Part shown: one piece after another, positions 14,201-26,707 of the stretch
Position numbering within the stretch: position 1 is the first letter of the stretch
How the letters are laid out: each line of letters begins with the position of its first letter
From: Anthoceros angustus
Taxonomy: Eukaryota; Plantae; Anthocerotophyta
Reading direction: 5' to 3'
Assembly: GCA_010909165.1 (NCBI GenBank)
Contig: MU008164.1
Coordinates: forward strand, 868,001-932,000
DNA length: 64,000 nt
Translations under genes and position numbers: made by a program
The notes under the pieces: model-generated
The model's input: only the letters and a program-made list of their open reading frames with translations
The model's database searches: none
What the model was told of the DNA's origin: nothing

Positions 14201-17200
14201 GCGTTTCTGGGGACTTTGACTTGAATCCTGAAGATGGGGAGTATCGACTTAGCTGTCAGGTGTTCTCAAAATCTCAGACCTATGGTTTGTGCATTGTAGT
14301 TTGGCTTCAATTGGAGGTGTAGCTGTCATCCTTGTACTTCTCTAGCACACTGTTTGAATCTTTAATTATGGAAGCATCTGGTTGTTGGCAGGTCTCTGGA
14401 GTTGAAGTGAATGCTCTGATGAGAACTCTGAATGCTCAACCGCCTCCATATCCAGTACGTCATTAAGTTCTGCTGGAAGGGGCTGTCTCAGCACCTTGAG
14501 AGAGGAATGGTCATGCTGTACATTTTATTCTTAGAAACATTACCATGGTAATTCCATTGTCTGATCGCAACGGGTGTGTAACAAGGTTTGGTGCAGCTGG
14601 CAGGTACAGTGAAAGCAGTGGTCTACTGTCGAGGCCCATTAGATGCCCCGATTTTTGAGGGCACAGCAGAAACTGTGGGGAATCAGATTGCTTCAACTGC
14701 CAACACTGCTCCGACTGTTGCTACTGAAGCAGTCAAGCTAGATCGAGAAAAGGGTGCAGTAGCTGCATATGATCGGATAGCCATCTCTTCTGCTTTTGCA
14801 AGTTTCACCTTCAACTCTGATGATTGTGTGAGTATGAACTACCTGATTAATGTTGGAAACATCGTTGCCATGGTAGCTTATAATACAAGCAGATGCTGCC
14901 TGGTGGTACCATGCAGTTGCTACAAAGTTGCCCTTATAGGGGTTGTGGGTGTATATGTGCTTGCAGTGCATATGTAAGTGGTCATTTTGTTGCTTGCAGG
15001 TGGCTGACTTGTATGGAATTAGGGTAACCCCTGTAGGTGGTGGGGAAATACGAGGAGCAGGATCAATGTGGATATGTCCTGAGGTTTGTGCAATTGCCAC
15101 TACCTGGATGTCAAGTTGTATGGAAGTCTAGCCTGTATATGAGTGAAGTATGCTATGTGTTAGGTTTAGGGCTAAGGCATGACATGTGGTACGACTAGCT
15201 GACAATGTTCACTGCATATGCTACAGGGTGAGGTGCAAGCTGATGCTGTCCGCATTGACTGCTCAGGCCATTTTGGTGCTGATGCAATGCTGCGGCACTA
15301 TGTGCCAGCGGGTGTGGAAATGCCTCCACTGAGCTTTGGTCCGTTGCAAGGAGAAGCCAAAATTCGTGGTTCCATTTTGATGCCGTACGTTCTAGCTCTT
15401 TGTTCTGGTTTCTCTGCACGCCAAGAAGTCGTTTCCAGAGACACTGCTCTGCCTTTTAGCTTCAGCTCCTGATAGTTTTTCTTTGAATTCATCTCTTCAA
15501 CATGTACTTGTGAACAGGACTTTCGACGTCAAATGGGAGACTTCAAAGGCTCAGGGATCGCTGGAAGGCGCGCATGGTGAAATAAATGTGACACGCGAAG
15601 CTATCACAATCAATTCATCTGCCTTTGCCTTCGATTTGTTCACGAAAATCCATACCCTATATCCCCCAATCTGTTCCCGCAAGTCTCGTGAATTCAAGCC
15701 TGCTGTCTCACCAACCATTGAGGGCATAGATTTGGATGCAAGATTTAGAGGGTTTGATATAATGGGATTGGCTCCGTCTAGCATCCTCCCCTCATCTGCA
15801 TCTCCTGGAGGAGTGCATATGAAGGTCACTGGCAAAGTAAAATTTCAAGGGCGCCTGCCACAAACTGGAGTCAACATGATGCCAAGTGGCTTTGGGGAAA
15901 GGGGAAATCAGCCACAGAGTGCAAATGTTTTCACCAGGCTCGTTGGAGATGTTACCATGTCAGGAGTGAAGCTCAATCAATTACTTATCGCTCCTCATCT
16001 AGTGGGCTCTTTAAACATATCTCCTCGCAGTTTTGAGGTAGGTGTCGGATGAATTTGATGCTATGCGCAATTAATGTTTGACATCCCGTCACAAGTCCTG
16101 ACTTCCTTGTCAACACAACAGCTTCTTTCTGCTGGGAGGGTTGATGAGCATCTGAATATTCAAATTGCTGAAGGATTGGAAACGGCAGATGGTACTCGAG
16201 TGCTATCTCCAGACAGTCCAAAGGAAGGGGTGTCGTTATCCCTTCAGCGGGGGCAGTTGCATATGGGTTTGACTTACCGGCCACAGCAGTCAGCAAAGTT
16301 GGAGGTATGGATTACACAGAGTTGTCTCAAGAGCCAGAGATGATGGCGGGTATCTAATCAACTGGTTGTGGCATTGTTTGTAGATAAGAAATCTGCCACT
16401 AGATGAGCTGGAGATTGCGTCATTGCGTGGAGCTGTGCCGAAGGTACAGTTCAGCGGCAGGGGATGAGATTTCCCATGCCACACCTTTGCACTATTGTGT
16501 TCAGGGTGGCATTGGCGAGCATTGTGGAATCTTGGCTTACTCAAAGCTGCCGCCATCTTCTTAGACTGAGCCTGGTCTCCCTCCATGTCTAATGGGCATT
16601 TGCTGCCACTCATGCTTGTGTAATATGTATCAGGCACATATGGCATTGAATCTGCAGAAAAGAAGAGGACAGGGGAGCCTCTCTGTAAGACGACCTCGGT
16701 GTAGTGGGTTGCAAGGAGAGTCTTTGGATGTTGCAGCCAGGTGGTCTGGAGATGTGGTAGGTGAACTGCATTTGGTCCCTAGTGGTTAGCATGCAGTCTC
16801 TGTGGAATGAAGAAGCCAACCAAGCTTTGTGTCGTTTTCAGGTAACGCTAGAGAAGTCTGTGTTAGAACAGGCTAACAGCCGTTATGAGTTGCAAGGTGA
16901 GTATGTCTTGCCAAGGCCTCGTACGGCAGCTGACAAGGGACGAGAGGACGACAGAACTTGGGAGAAAGCAATGGGTGGGCAGCTTGGAAGTTTTATAAGT
17001 GCAATGGGCCGGTGGCGACTCAGACTTGATGTTCCCAGAGCTGAAGTTTCTGAGATGCTACCAGTTGCTCGGTTACTCTCCAGAAGCAGTGACCCAGCTG
17101 TTGTGTCAAGGTCTAAGGTGTGTCGTCATCTGCCGTGCTGCCTGCCTGTACTCTTCATGTTTTCTCATGTGCTCTTTTATCCCAGGTGTGTACTTATGGA

Positions 17201-20200
17201 TGCATGTTTCCTGAGGCAGGAGCTCTTTTTGCAAGGCGTCCAGAAGGCAGGATTCTCTGCAGATGATTTGAAACAGCAACTTGAGGTGTGTGTGGGAGGG
17301 GTGTCTAGTTGTAGATCTAGCGATCTACCTTTTGGTCCGCTACTTGGTCTCAATGGAAGTTGAACTAATCAATCATACGCTGCAGTACATTCGAAGAAAC
17401 AAGGTCTCAGCAGCACCGGAAGATTTGGCACCAGAGTCAATGCCGTTGCCTGGTCTAGCTGAGTTGAAAGGGCAATGGCATGGCTCCTTAGAAGCTACTG
17501 GTGGTGGCAATGGCGACACCACGGTACGTTTCTGGGCTTCTCGGGATGTAATCTGTTGATGCAACTTGATGAGATCTGTTAATGCTGTTATTGTTCCTTC
17601 TGTCCTGTATTGCTCTTAGAACCTCAAACGTTGAGGTGTTCTCAGAGTTATTATAGGTACAATCTAACCCTTTGGGCGTTCAATGTTCAGGCAGATTTTG
17701 ATTTACGTGGAGAGGATTGGGAATGGGGCACTTACAAGACCCAGAAGGTTATAGCGATTGGGGATTACAGCAACAATGATGGCTTGCGTCTTGAAAACTT
17801 CTTCATACAAAAAGATGCTGCAACTCTCCATGCAGATGGAACGCTGCTTGGACCAAAACCAAATCTTCACTTCGCTGTTTTGAACTTCCCAATTGGTCTT
17901 GTTCCCCCTTTGTTGCATGCCTTCCAGGCTGCTCCCGAACCATTACCTACTGCAGCACCTCGGTCTCTTTATACACCCCTCAAGGGGATCCTGTACATGG
18001 AGGGGGACCTTCGGGGTCACTTGACAAAACCTCAGTGTGATGTCCAAATCAGGCTCTTGGATGGAGCAGTGGGAGGTGTGAGCTTGGGACGTGCAGAGGT
18101 GGCGGCTTCGATTACATCTGCCAGTCGATTGGCTTTCAATGCAGTTCTGGAACCAGCCACCCATTCTGGGCATGTTCGTGTCAGAGGCAGCCTACCAATG
18201 GGTCTTGGTGGAACCGAAGAGCATGAAGAGGAAAAGGATCAGGAGATCCAAACAGAGAAACACCGAAGAGCTAGGGGTAGAGGAAGGGAGAGGATTCGGG
18301 ATAGAGAAGAAGAGGATGGACCTGACAAAAGGGATGTAAGGGAGAAGGGAGGAGATGAAGGTTGGGAAGTCCGTCTTGCTGAAAGTTTGAAGGCGTTAGA
18401 TGGCAATTTTTTGGAAACTGGAGCTGTCCAAGTTGATGCAGCTGTAAAAGATGGTGGAATGATGCTGCTCACAGCCATATCTCCAGGGCTTCACTGGCTG
18501 CAAGGAAATGCCGACATTACATTGAAGGTACGTTCCTGAATCGCTGTTATGCCCAATCCCGCAGGTAAGATTCGAGCATTTGTAAGAGATGAAAACACCA
18601 AGATGTGTGTGGTGGCAATAGTCAAGCAGTAACACAAGGCAGGTGTGATTGGCCAGGTCAGGGGTACCGTGAATCAGCCTGTGGCTGACGGAGTTGCAGC
18701 CTTTCAGAAGGTTGCTATATCTTCGCCTGTTCTCCCGAGACCTCTGACTAATTTAGGAGGCACCATTAGTGTGAAGAACAACCAACTTTGTGTTGAGGGG
18801 CTGGAGGGCAGGGTTGGAAGAAGGGGTCATTTGCAGGTGAAAGGGAAACTCCCGTTCAAAAATGCTGAATATCCTGGCTTTGATGACGCCATAGAAGTCA
18901 AAGCTGAGTCACTGGAAGTCCGTGCCAGAAATGCTTTCAGGTAATTCTCTGCCGTTAGTATGTTTCATGTTCCATGAAGCTTTGTTTGTACTGACGCACT
19001 TGGTGGTAAGCAGTGGACAGGTGGATAGCCAGATCAGACTCATGGGCTCACTAGTAGAACCAGAAGTGAACGGAGTAATCAAACTTAGCCATGGAGAAGC
19101 CTACCTCTCACAAGAGAAGGGTGCTACCAGTCCAGTTTTGGCAGTAGCAAGCAATCCAATTGGTAGGGTTTATAGCAGCACTTCCTTGGCTTCATTCTGG
19201 TTGATTACACTTATTTGGATTAGGTTTTTTGCTGGGACTTGTGCCCAGAACCAAATCTGACACCAGGACGAGTGTTTGCCAGCGCTTGGTGTAGGTCATG
19301 ATGAAGATGTAAGCGAGAATGATCATCGAGCCCAGCTGCCTATAGCTGTCCGTTTGAGGGCTCTTAAGCTGCAACTTGGACCTGAGCTGCGCATGGTCTA
19401 CCCTTTGATTCTGAACTTTGCTGTGAGTGGCGAACTCGAGTTGAATGGTTTTGCCGATGCACAAAGGATCAAGCCCAGAGGCACCTTAACATTTGAGAAC
19501 GGTGATGTCAACCTTGTAGCTACACAGGTAAGCGGTAGCCCCGGTCTGATGGTGGAGAATTGAGGGTCTAGTGATGCTGGTAAAAGTCTGACCGTTTCCC
19601 CTGGTTTTTCACAAGCAGGTTAGGCTCAACCGGGATCATCCTAACCGTGCCAAATTTGAGCCAGAACAAGGCTTAGACCCCAGCCTGGATCTGTCTTTGG
19701 TGGGAGCTGATTGGCAGTTGAAGGTACAGGGTAGGGCCCGCAATTGGCAGGATAATCTGGTGATAACTTCTACACGTTCTGGGGAGCAAGACGCATTTAC
19801 TCGGATTGAGGCATGTACTTCGTTGCAATTCATTTTGATGATGCGTCCGTCAAAACTTGTTTACTGGATTTTGAGACTGTGACTGATGCTAGGTAGCTTC
19901 TTCTACAGGCTGCAAGAGTGTTTGAGAGTCAATTGGCGGAGTCCCTTCTTGAGGGTGATGGCCAGATCGCTTTCAAGAAGTTAGCTGCTGCCACTGTGGA
20001 GACTCTTATGCCAAAGATTGAAGGGAAAGGAGAGTTTGGGCAGGCCAGGTGGCGGCTGGTGTCGGCTCCTCAGATCCCAAATCTGCTCTCTTTAGATCCC
20101 ACCACAGACCCTTTCAAATCTCTTGCTAACCTTTCTTTCGGTACCGAAGTGGAGGTGCAGCTTGGGAAGCATTTGCAGGTAATCTCAGTACCCTTTTCCA

Positions 20201-20420
20201 GAGTTTATGCTGGCTGGCCCATGTTGATACAAGCATCTACTAAAAACTCGTATCTATGCTGAAACAGGCTTCTGTGGTCCGGCAACTGAAGGAGTCCGAG
20301 ATGGCCACACAGTGGACCCTATTGTACCAGCTCAACAGCAAGCTTCGGCTGTTGTTCTCCTCGATACCGTCAGTGGATAATCGTATTCTGTTCGAGTACT
20401 CAGCCACGTCACAAAATTGA
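11219..20420 (+). CDS. TIC236: Translocon at the inner chloroplast envelope TIC236 / EMB2410 (TamB homologue), multi-exon
   Basis: About 2-kb first exon with transit peptide and TM (IWVAAILLVGGGLLYG), then EPSLLVAQKEDWSWLGIP and ETVHFKDGNLMLLAYGD. Many GT-AG exons follow, ending ...FESQLAESLLEGDGQIAFKKLA...SEMATQWTLLYQL...LFEYSATSQN*. Start taken as the first in-frame ATG (11219). Confidence 0.93.
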
Positions 20421-20859
20421 TCTTAGGTACTGTGATTCTTTATGTAACGCTAGATTTACGCTACTGCATCTGGATGCCTTGTATATCTGAACGGATCACC
20501 TGGTGAGTTTCTGTTGTATCTGATTCTTCCACCTGATGTAAGATGCATGTAAGGTGTTGCTCTGCTGCAGAGACCGTTTTTGAGCATCTTTGTGGCTGTG
20601 ACGCTCTTGTGTAGAATGTGTAGCCCTTGTATGGTTCACTGGGACTTCTCATGTAACAGTACTACTATACCGCTGGGACTTATCATGTATGTAAGAATAG
20701 GAAGTGACATTCCTCCGCGCGGCCAGGCAAAACATTGTCTGGGCCATCTCCCAAAGTGTGGATTGTATATTTCTTACATAAAATATAACGCGTTTACTGG
20801 ATAAACTCGGTGTGGCTTAGTTACTATAACCGTGTCCTTACTAAGAATGTTTCTCCTTT

Positions 20860-22138
20860 CTACCACGGTGTCTGATTGGAGCAGTCGACGTTGTTCCCTG
20901 GGGACACGCCGAGAATGGAGCAGTAGCGCTCATAGAAACCGATGCGGTCTTGTTCGCTGGCCTGATTACCACCGGGGCCGCACTCTAAGCCGCCGTTGAT
21001 GATGTTTGTGGTGACGCCGAAGCCGGGGAGGCGATTGGCGGCCTGATCGGCACTGGAAGGACTCCACTCTCCCACCATGACCGAGTGAGCAGACGGCTTG
21101 GGAGACTGCGCGGTGTTCCAGAACCAGAGTGCTGTCTTCCAGGAGACGACGCTGTCCGTTGCCACTAGATCTGGATTGTTGAGCAGGTCCTGGCCCAGAG
21201 CGTCTCCTGCTTGCCCGTAGTTGTAATTCCTAGCACCACAATGACATCATCCGCGTTTAATAGGCAATTCAGGGATTTATCATCTGCGCTTTAGCTAGGG
21301 AATGCATTCATGTGCAGCAAGGGGTTTGGATGAACTCGACGCACCAGGATATTTGGATGGGGCCCCGGCCGCAGTAGCTTTTGCCTGGTGCGCATGGATA
21401 GGTCGTGGAGGAGGAGTCGCAGTACGCAGAGCAGTCAATCTCCGTAATGTAGCACAGGCCCCAGGCGTATTGGCCATCTGGAGCGGTGGCCCATCCTCCT
21501 GGCACCGCATGTTCACAATGAGCAATTAGGTTGGAGGAAACAATGATATGATGCATACGCAAGTGAGCAAGCTTGGAGGAAAGAAGCTTATGATGAATGC
21601 GCAATTGAGCAAGCTTGGAGGAAAGACTGGTATGAAGTTACTGTTCGCAACTGGAATTTGCAGATATATGCATCGGACTGGGAGCGATGGATGTCTCACC
21701 GGTGGTTTCATGCGAAACTTGAGCAAAGAAAGCTGCCAGCTCTTGCCTCCTGGTGGTGTCGTCCCCGGTGTTGCCGAATGCGCTGTAGGAGGAGGCTGCC
21801 GTGATGAAGGCGCTGTAGGTGTAGAAGTTGTTTGTGGAACAGTCGCTAGTGTGGAGAAAGAATTGGTTGTACACGGCCTCGGTGATGATGCTCCCCACGC
21901 CGGATCCCGACGGTGCGGGCGTGGATCCCGATCCCGTGCAGGGCCCGCTCAGGCAGCCGTCGCCGCAGTAATCAGATGTGGTGCCGCAGTAGTTGTACTG
22001 GCTGCAGCACAGGTTGTTGGCGCACAGCGAGGTTGCGGTGCAGGTCTGGGCCACCACGTTGAGTCCGAGGTGTGGACTGCACAGGAGGAGCATCATCCAC
22101 ACAATTCCTGCCACATTTTCTCTCCGCACAGCTGCCAT
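20860..22138 (-). CDS. Class I chitinase (CBM18 + GH19), complete (exons 22138-21700, 21498-21345, 21229-20860)
   Basis: Signal peptide, hevein domain [72 protein letters not shown]. Confidence 0.95.
21518..21635. repeat. Intronic minisatellite, 42-45-bp unit, about 3 copies (chitinase 1 intron 1)
   Basis: gagcaagcttggaggaaaga...atgatg...gcgcaatt repeated. Confidence 0.8.
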
Positions 22139-23214
22139 ACCGTCTGCTGCGACTACACTGTCCACAGCTATGAACTACGAAGGATTCAAGGAGGCTTTTC
22201 CTTGAGCGCTGCCGACTTGGAGCTGCTCTGAGGTGAGCTTGATGGCTGGAACAGGTGTATGACGCTGTTCTGCCGATCAACCTGCATTTGTAGGCTTTGC
22301 TCTGCTCTCATTTCACCGGTTTAGATTTGTTTGTGTGCGGGACTTGACAGAGTTTTGACGGTACGCGCCACCAGCACCGGCACCGAGCACCTGCACCGTC
22401 ACCTGCCCGCTCGCGAAAATACTTGCAGAGCCATGTGAAGCTTCCGCCCGGGAACTTGAAGGTTCAGAATATCATTTTCTTCCAAGGAGTCAAGGGTTTA
22501 GGATTTCATATTCCCACCACGCGCTTGCAGTGAGCCAATTTGCAACAGCAACATACAGGACAGGCGACAACTCAGCGTATCTCAGTCATTCGCTTGTGTG
22601 GCGGATAAGACTACGGTGACCAGGAATCGGACTGGATCGAAAGTCTGCCGCAAGAAGTGGGGGCCATGACTCTGTAACTTCAACGTGTCTCGCCTTTCAA
22701 GTGCCCACACATCGACCTGTCTCTGTGTGACAAATGTCCAGAGCTGCTTCAAGAGAAAGTCTTCGAGAAGCTGCCCCCGATAGGGTGCTTGGCCGGTGAA
22801 GTGTGACGCACATATGTGCTGAAAACGACGACCTCCATGCAGCTTTTGCATGATAGAAATTACGAACGGAAGTCAATAATAGATATAATATAGTTATTTA
22901 AGAAAAATACTAGAACAATAACACCCCTTCTTCAACGGGGTGGAAAAAACCACGCAGTTAGAAGCAAAACCAGAGTAATAAATCAGCACCAGACATAGCA
23001 CTAGGTCTCCAAGTAGCCCGCCCTCCTCTTCTAGGAGGACTCGCAGACAGCACCCTTGCCGCTGCTCTTTATTCTCAAACCACAAGTCACAAGAACATAC
23101 CGAGCTGGAGGGCTAGAGAGAACTCCCCATCTTTGCCTAAGCTAGGAGCTTAGTTCTCCCTTTACTTGACCTCCTTCACAGCACTCCCCTTAGGTGCTCA
23201 CAGCCCAAGCAACA

Positions 23215-24147
23215 AGTGCTCTCAAGGCTTTTAGAGGATACTAAACTGAACTGTCTTTAGCCCAGGGCTAGGTCTCCTTTTATACCCAAGCCCTAGCTAC
23301 AATTTTAGTAACTACTTACTTAAGCTTTAAGCTATTATTTACTACCACACACTTCCTAGGGCTGCATGCTTAACATACTCTTAGTAAGCTGCTCTTCTAA
23401 ACATGCTTCTGGAGCTTTCTTGCAAAGCACTCAAGCCAGCTTTGTTACTACAAAGCTAGATACAAGTTACAAGGACAAAATGATTTTAGTGGCTAGGGCT
23501 TTTGCCTATTCTTAGATTCAATAAAATTGTTATAATAAAATATAATAATTTACCAAATTATCAGAAAAGCCATCACGACATGCTGTAGGATGCTATCCAA
23601 GGACAACCAAAGAGTACCAGGGGTCGAGATCAGGGTGTCATTTTGACCACTAGTCCCCACGGAGTACGCCTACCCACCTGAAAGGTGGACCGTGCCTTTG
23701 CGATCCTTGGTCACCAAATATAATATATATTAAATAAATAATTTATAATAATAATATAAAAGACTGTAGACTAAGTCCGCAGATCGAGCTAGATCAAACT
23801 GCGTCCATGATAAGATGTCTATGTGTCCATAATAAATATAAATTTTTAGATATAAAATTAAGTAATTTATCAATTTTAAACCGGACCTTTTATGAACTCT
23901 CGGTCCCCGAGGGTAATAGGGGACCGAGGGTGGGGATCGGACTCCTGAAGAGCTTCCGGTCCCATGTTTTTTTTAACACATGCCGGAACCGGGACCGAGC
24001 TTGGGACGGGGTCAAACTGACACCTTGGTCGAGATAGAGAGGAGCAACCTATTGTCTTAGTAGGATGAGAGAATCCATGTTTCTGTCCTGACCATCCTTC
24101 GCACAAGCAAGCTACACGCGTATTCCCACGTTTGAAGTAGTAAGAGC
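23215..24147. repeat. Segment duplicated at about 25668-26587 (LTR-like sequence + MITE + flank)
   Basis: Colinear match from aagtgctctcaagg to gtaagagcacagcacag. The second copy differs mostly by homopolymer indels. Confidence 0.85.
23631..24027. mobile_element. hAT-type MITE copy 1
   Basis: TIRs CAGGGTGTCATTTTGACC / GGTCAAACTGACACCTTG; 8-bp TSD gtcgagat at 23623-23630 and 24028-24035; internal hairpin ctcggtcccc/ggggaccgag. Confidence 0.9.
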
Positions 24148-24299
24148 ACAGCACAGGCAGATTGGATGATCTAGCAAGATCCACCTTCCCTATTTCTAAT
24201 ACTGGAACACTGTATTGTGATCCTGGATACTCAAAAAGAAGTAATAAAATCCACTAGCACCGACATCAAAGAAAGGGCTGTGTGCCAATATTTGATGGG

Positions 24300-25600
24300 C
24301 AGCTGAGTTGATGGGCTCATTGGCTGTGGAGGGGATGATGGAGCTCTTGAATGCTTTGATCTGAGGCAAAAAGCTTCTGTCGGTCGCGTAGATGCTGTGG
24401 GACCAACCGGTCATTGAGAGGGCACATGTATGAAGCATGTTAGTTTTCTACCAGGAGTTTTCTTTGATTATTTTTTGGCCGCTGTTCGAGCGATGGCGTA
24501 ATCGTTTCTAAATGTTAAGTGGTGACAGCGTTAAGTTTTGATGAAGCCGAGGGAATGCTTGTTGCTGTGGGAACGAGCAACAGTCAGGTAGGTCTTTGGT
24601 GACTTTCTGAGGCCAGTTGTCATGTGTGACTGCTCAGTAGCTTGTAATATTGCTGGGTGTATCATTCTCATGTATGCCCTTGTAATCTGCTCAGTAGCTT
24701 GTGACATTGCGGGGTATGTAAAGTTATGGTAAGACGTCTGGTGGATCACATTCTTGGCAGGTTCTGTTGTACGATTTGCGATCATCCAAGCCATTTCTGA
24801 CCAAAGTCCACATGTTTGTCCTGCACTGACTCCTAGAGCACACTCGGATCAGTTCACGTTTCTTCCTGGCTGGGTATCTGGTGGATCATGTGCAGGCATG
24901 AGTATGGTGCTATCCTCCTCTCTAAGCAGAGAGATCCGTGGACGCTCAATCGCCATACCTGTTTCTGATCTTTTGTGTACTCTTGTAGGGTAGGTCTGGT
25001 AGTCCCGTTACAGATATAAGGTGACATGAGAACGTGAAGACGACGTCACGACTGATTGCAGAGTTCTCAGAATTTGGGGCTCTAAAACTGTGAGTATCTC
25101 CTTTTTTGACACCTTTATTTTGACATTGAAAGCGAGAGTGAGAGTGATTGTGATAAGGTTTATTTGGCAGGGCAATGGCATTACCAGCATTGGACCACCA
25201 CCTGGAGATATCAACGATGAGTGCTTGCTACCAGAAATTGGGCTTCTCTTTATGGCTCTGGATTCCCCACAAGTAGCAACATGCTTCATGCCAGCTCTTG
25301 GTCCTGCTCCCAAATGGTGCTCGTTTTTGGAAAACCTCACGGTATATATATCCCTCAACCTCAACTCTTAGGGTTGCAGAGCAGAATTTGATTTGTTCAA
25401 TGTCGAGCATTCTCATGTTCTGGAACCAGCAAGCGCATTTTACAATGGCTTGATCACACTGATCAGATTGGACAAACAAAGTATTTATTTAAGACTTCAA
25501 GTTTATGACAAAAGAGTGGCTAGAGCGCCATAATGTGACAGACCTGATTGTTGGCACGCCTCATCTCCATGCCTACATGCAAGGATATTTCATGAACTAG
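24300..25600 (+). pseudogene. NOL10: Nucleolar protein 10 (NOL10/ENP2, WD40) internal fragment with introns
   Basis: GLIGCGGDDGALECFDLRQK; VTALSFDEAEGMLVAVG; GDINDECLLPEIGLLFMALDSPQVATCFMPALGPAPKWCSFLENLT; FKFMTKEWLE...HAYMQGYFMN. In-frame stops are present and neither terminus of the gene is seen. Confidence 0.85.
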
Positions 25601-26066
25601 AGAAGGTCGAAGTGGTTCTTTTAACACCCTGTGAAATTTAGTTGATTACACTGATATATGTTTTGAAAGTGCTCTCAAGGCTTTTAGAGGATACTAATGA
25701 CATCTTTTAGCCCAGGCTAGGTCTCCTTTATACCCAAGCCCTAGCTACAATTTTTAGTAACTACTTACTTAAGCTTTAAGCTATTATTTACTACCACACA
25801 CTTCCTAGGGCTGCATGCTTAACATACTCTTAGTAAGCTGCTCTTCTAAACATGGAGCTTTCTTGCAAAGCACTCAAGCCACTTTGTTACTACAAAGCTA
25901 GATACAAGTTACAAGGACAAAATGATTTTAGTGGCTAGGCTTTTGCCTATTCTTAGATTCAATAAAATTGTTATAATAAATATAATAATTTACCAAATTA
26001 TCAGAAAAGCCATCACGACATCTTGTAGGATGATGCTATCCAAGGACAACCAAAAAGAGTCGAGAT

Positions 26067-26460
26067 CGGTGTCATTTTGACCAAGTACTTCAGTCCGGAC
26101 CGTCTGGCTATTCGCCGGTCCCACGGCGAGGACCGTGCCTTTTTGCGATCCTTGGTCACCAAATATAATATATATTAAATAAATAATTTATAATAATAAT
26201 ATAAAAACTGCAGACTAAAGTCCATCAGCGCAGCCTAAGCCGATCAAATCCATGATAAGATGTCTATGTGTCCATAATAAATATAAATTTTTAGATATAA
26301 AATTAAGTAATTTATCAATTTTAAACGGACCTTTTATGAACTCTCGGTCCCGAGGGTAATAGGGGACCGAGGGTGGGGATCGGACTCGAAGAGCTTCCGG
26401 TCCCATGTTTTTAACACATGCGGGCGGACCGAGCTTGGGACGGGTCAAACCGACACCTTG
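26067..26460. mobile_element. hAT-type MITE copy 2 (same TSD as copy 1, so a duplicate of the same insertion)
   Basis: Same TIRs (noisy) and gtcgagat on both sides (26059-26066, 26461-26468). Confidence 0.85.
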
Positions 26461-26707
26461 GTCGAGATAGAGAGGAGCAACCTATTGTCTTAGTAGGATG
26501 AGAGAATCCATGTTTCTGTCCTGACCATCCTTCACAAAACAAGCTACACGCGTATTCCACGTTTGAAGTAGTAAGAGCACAGCACAGTCACAACATGCCC
26601 GTTTAATAAGCAAGTCATGGATGTATCATCCGCGCCTCAGCTAGGGAATGCATTCATGTACAGCAAGGGGTTTGGATCAAGAGATATGGAGCGCTAGCTC
26701 CACGCAC

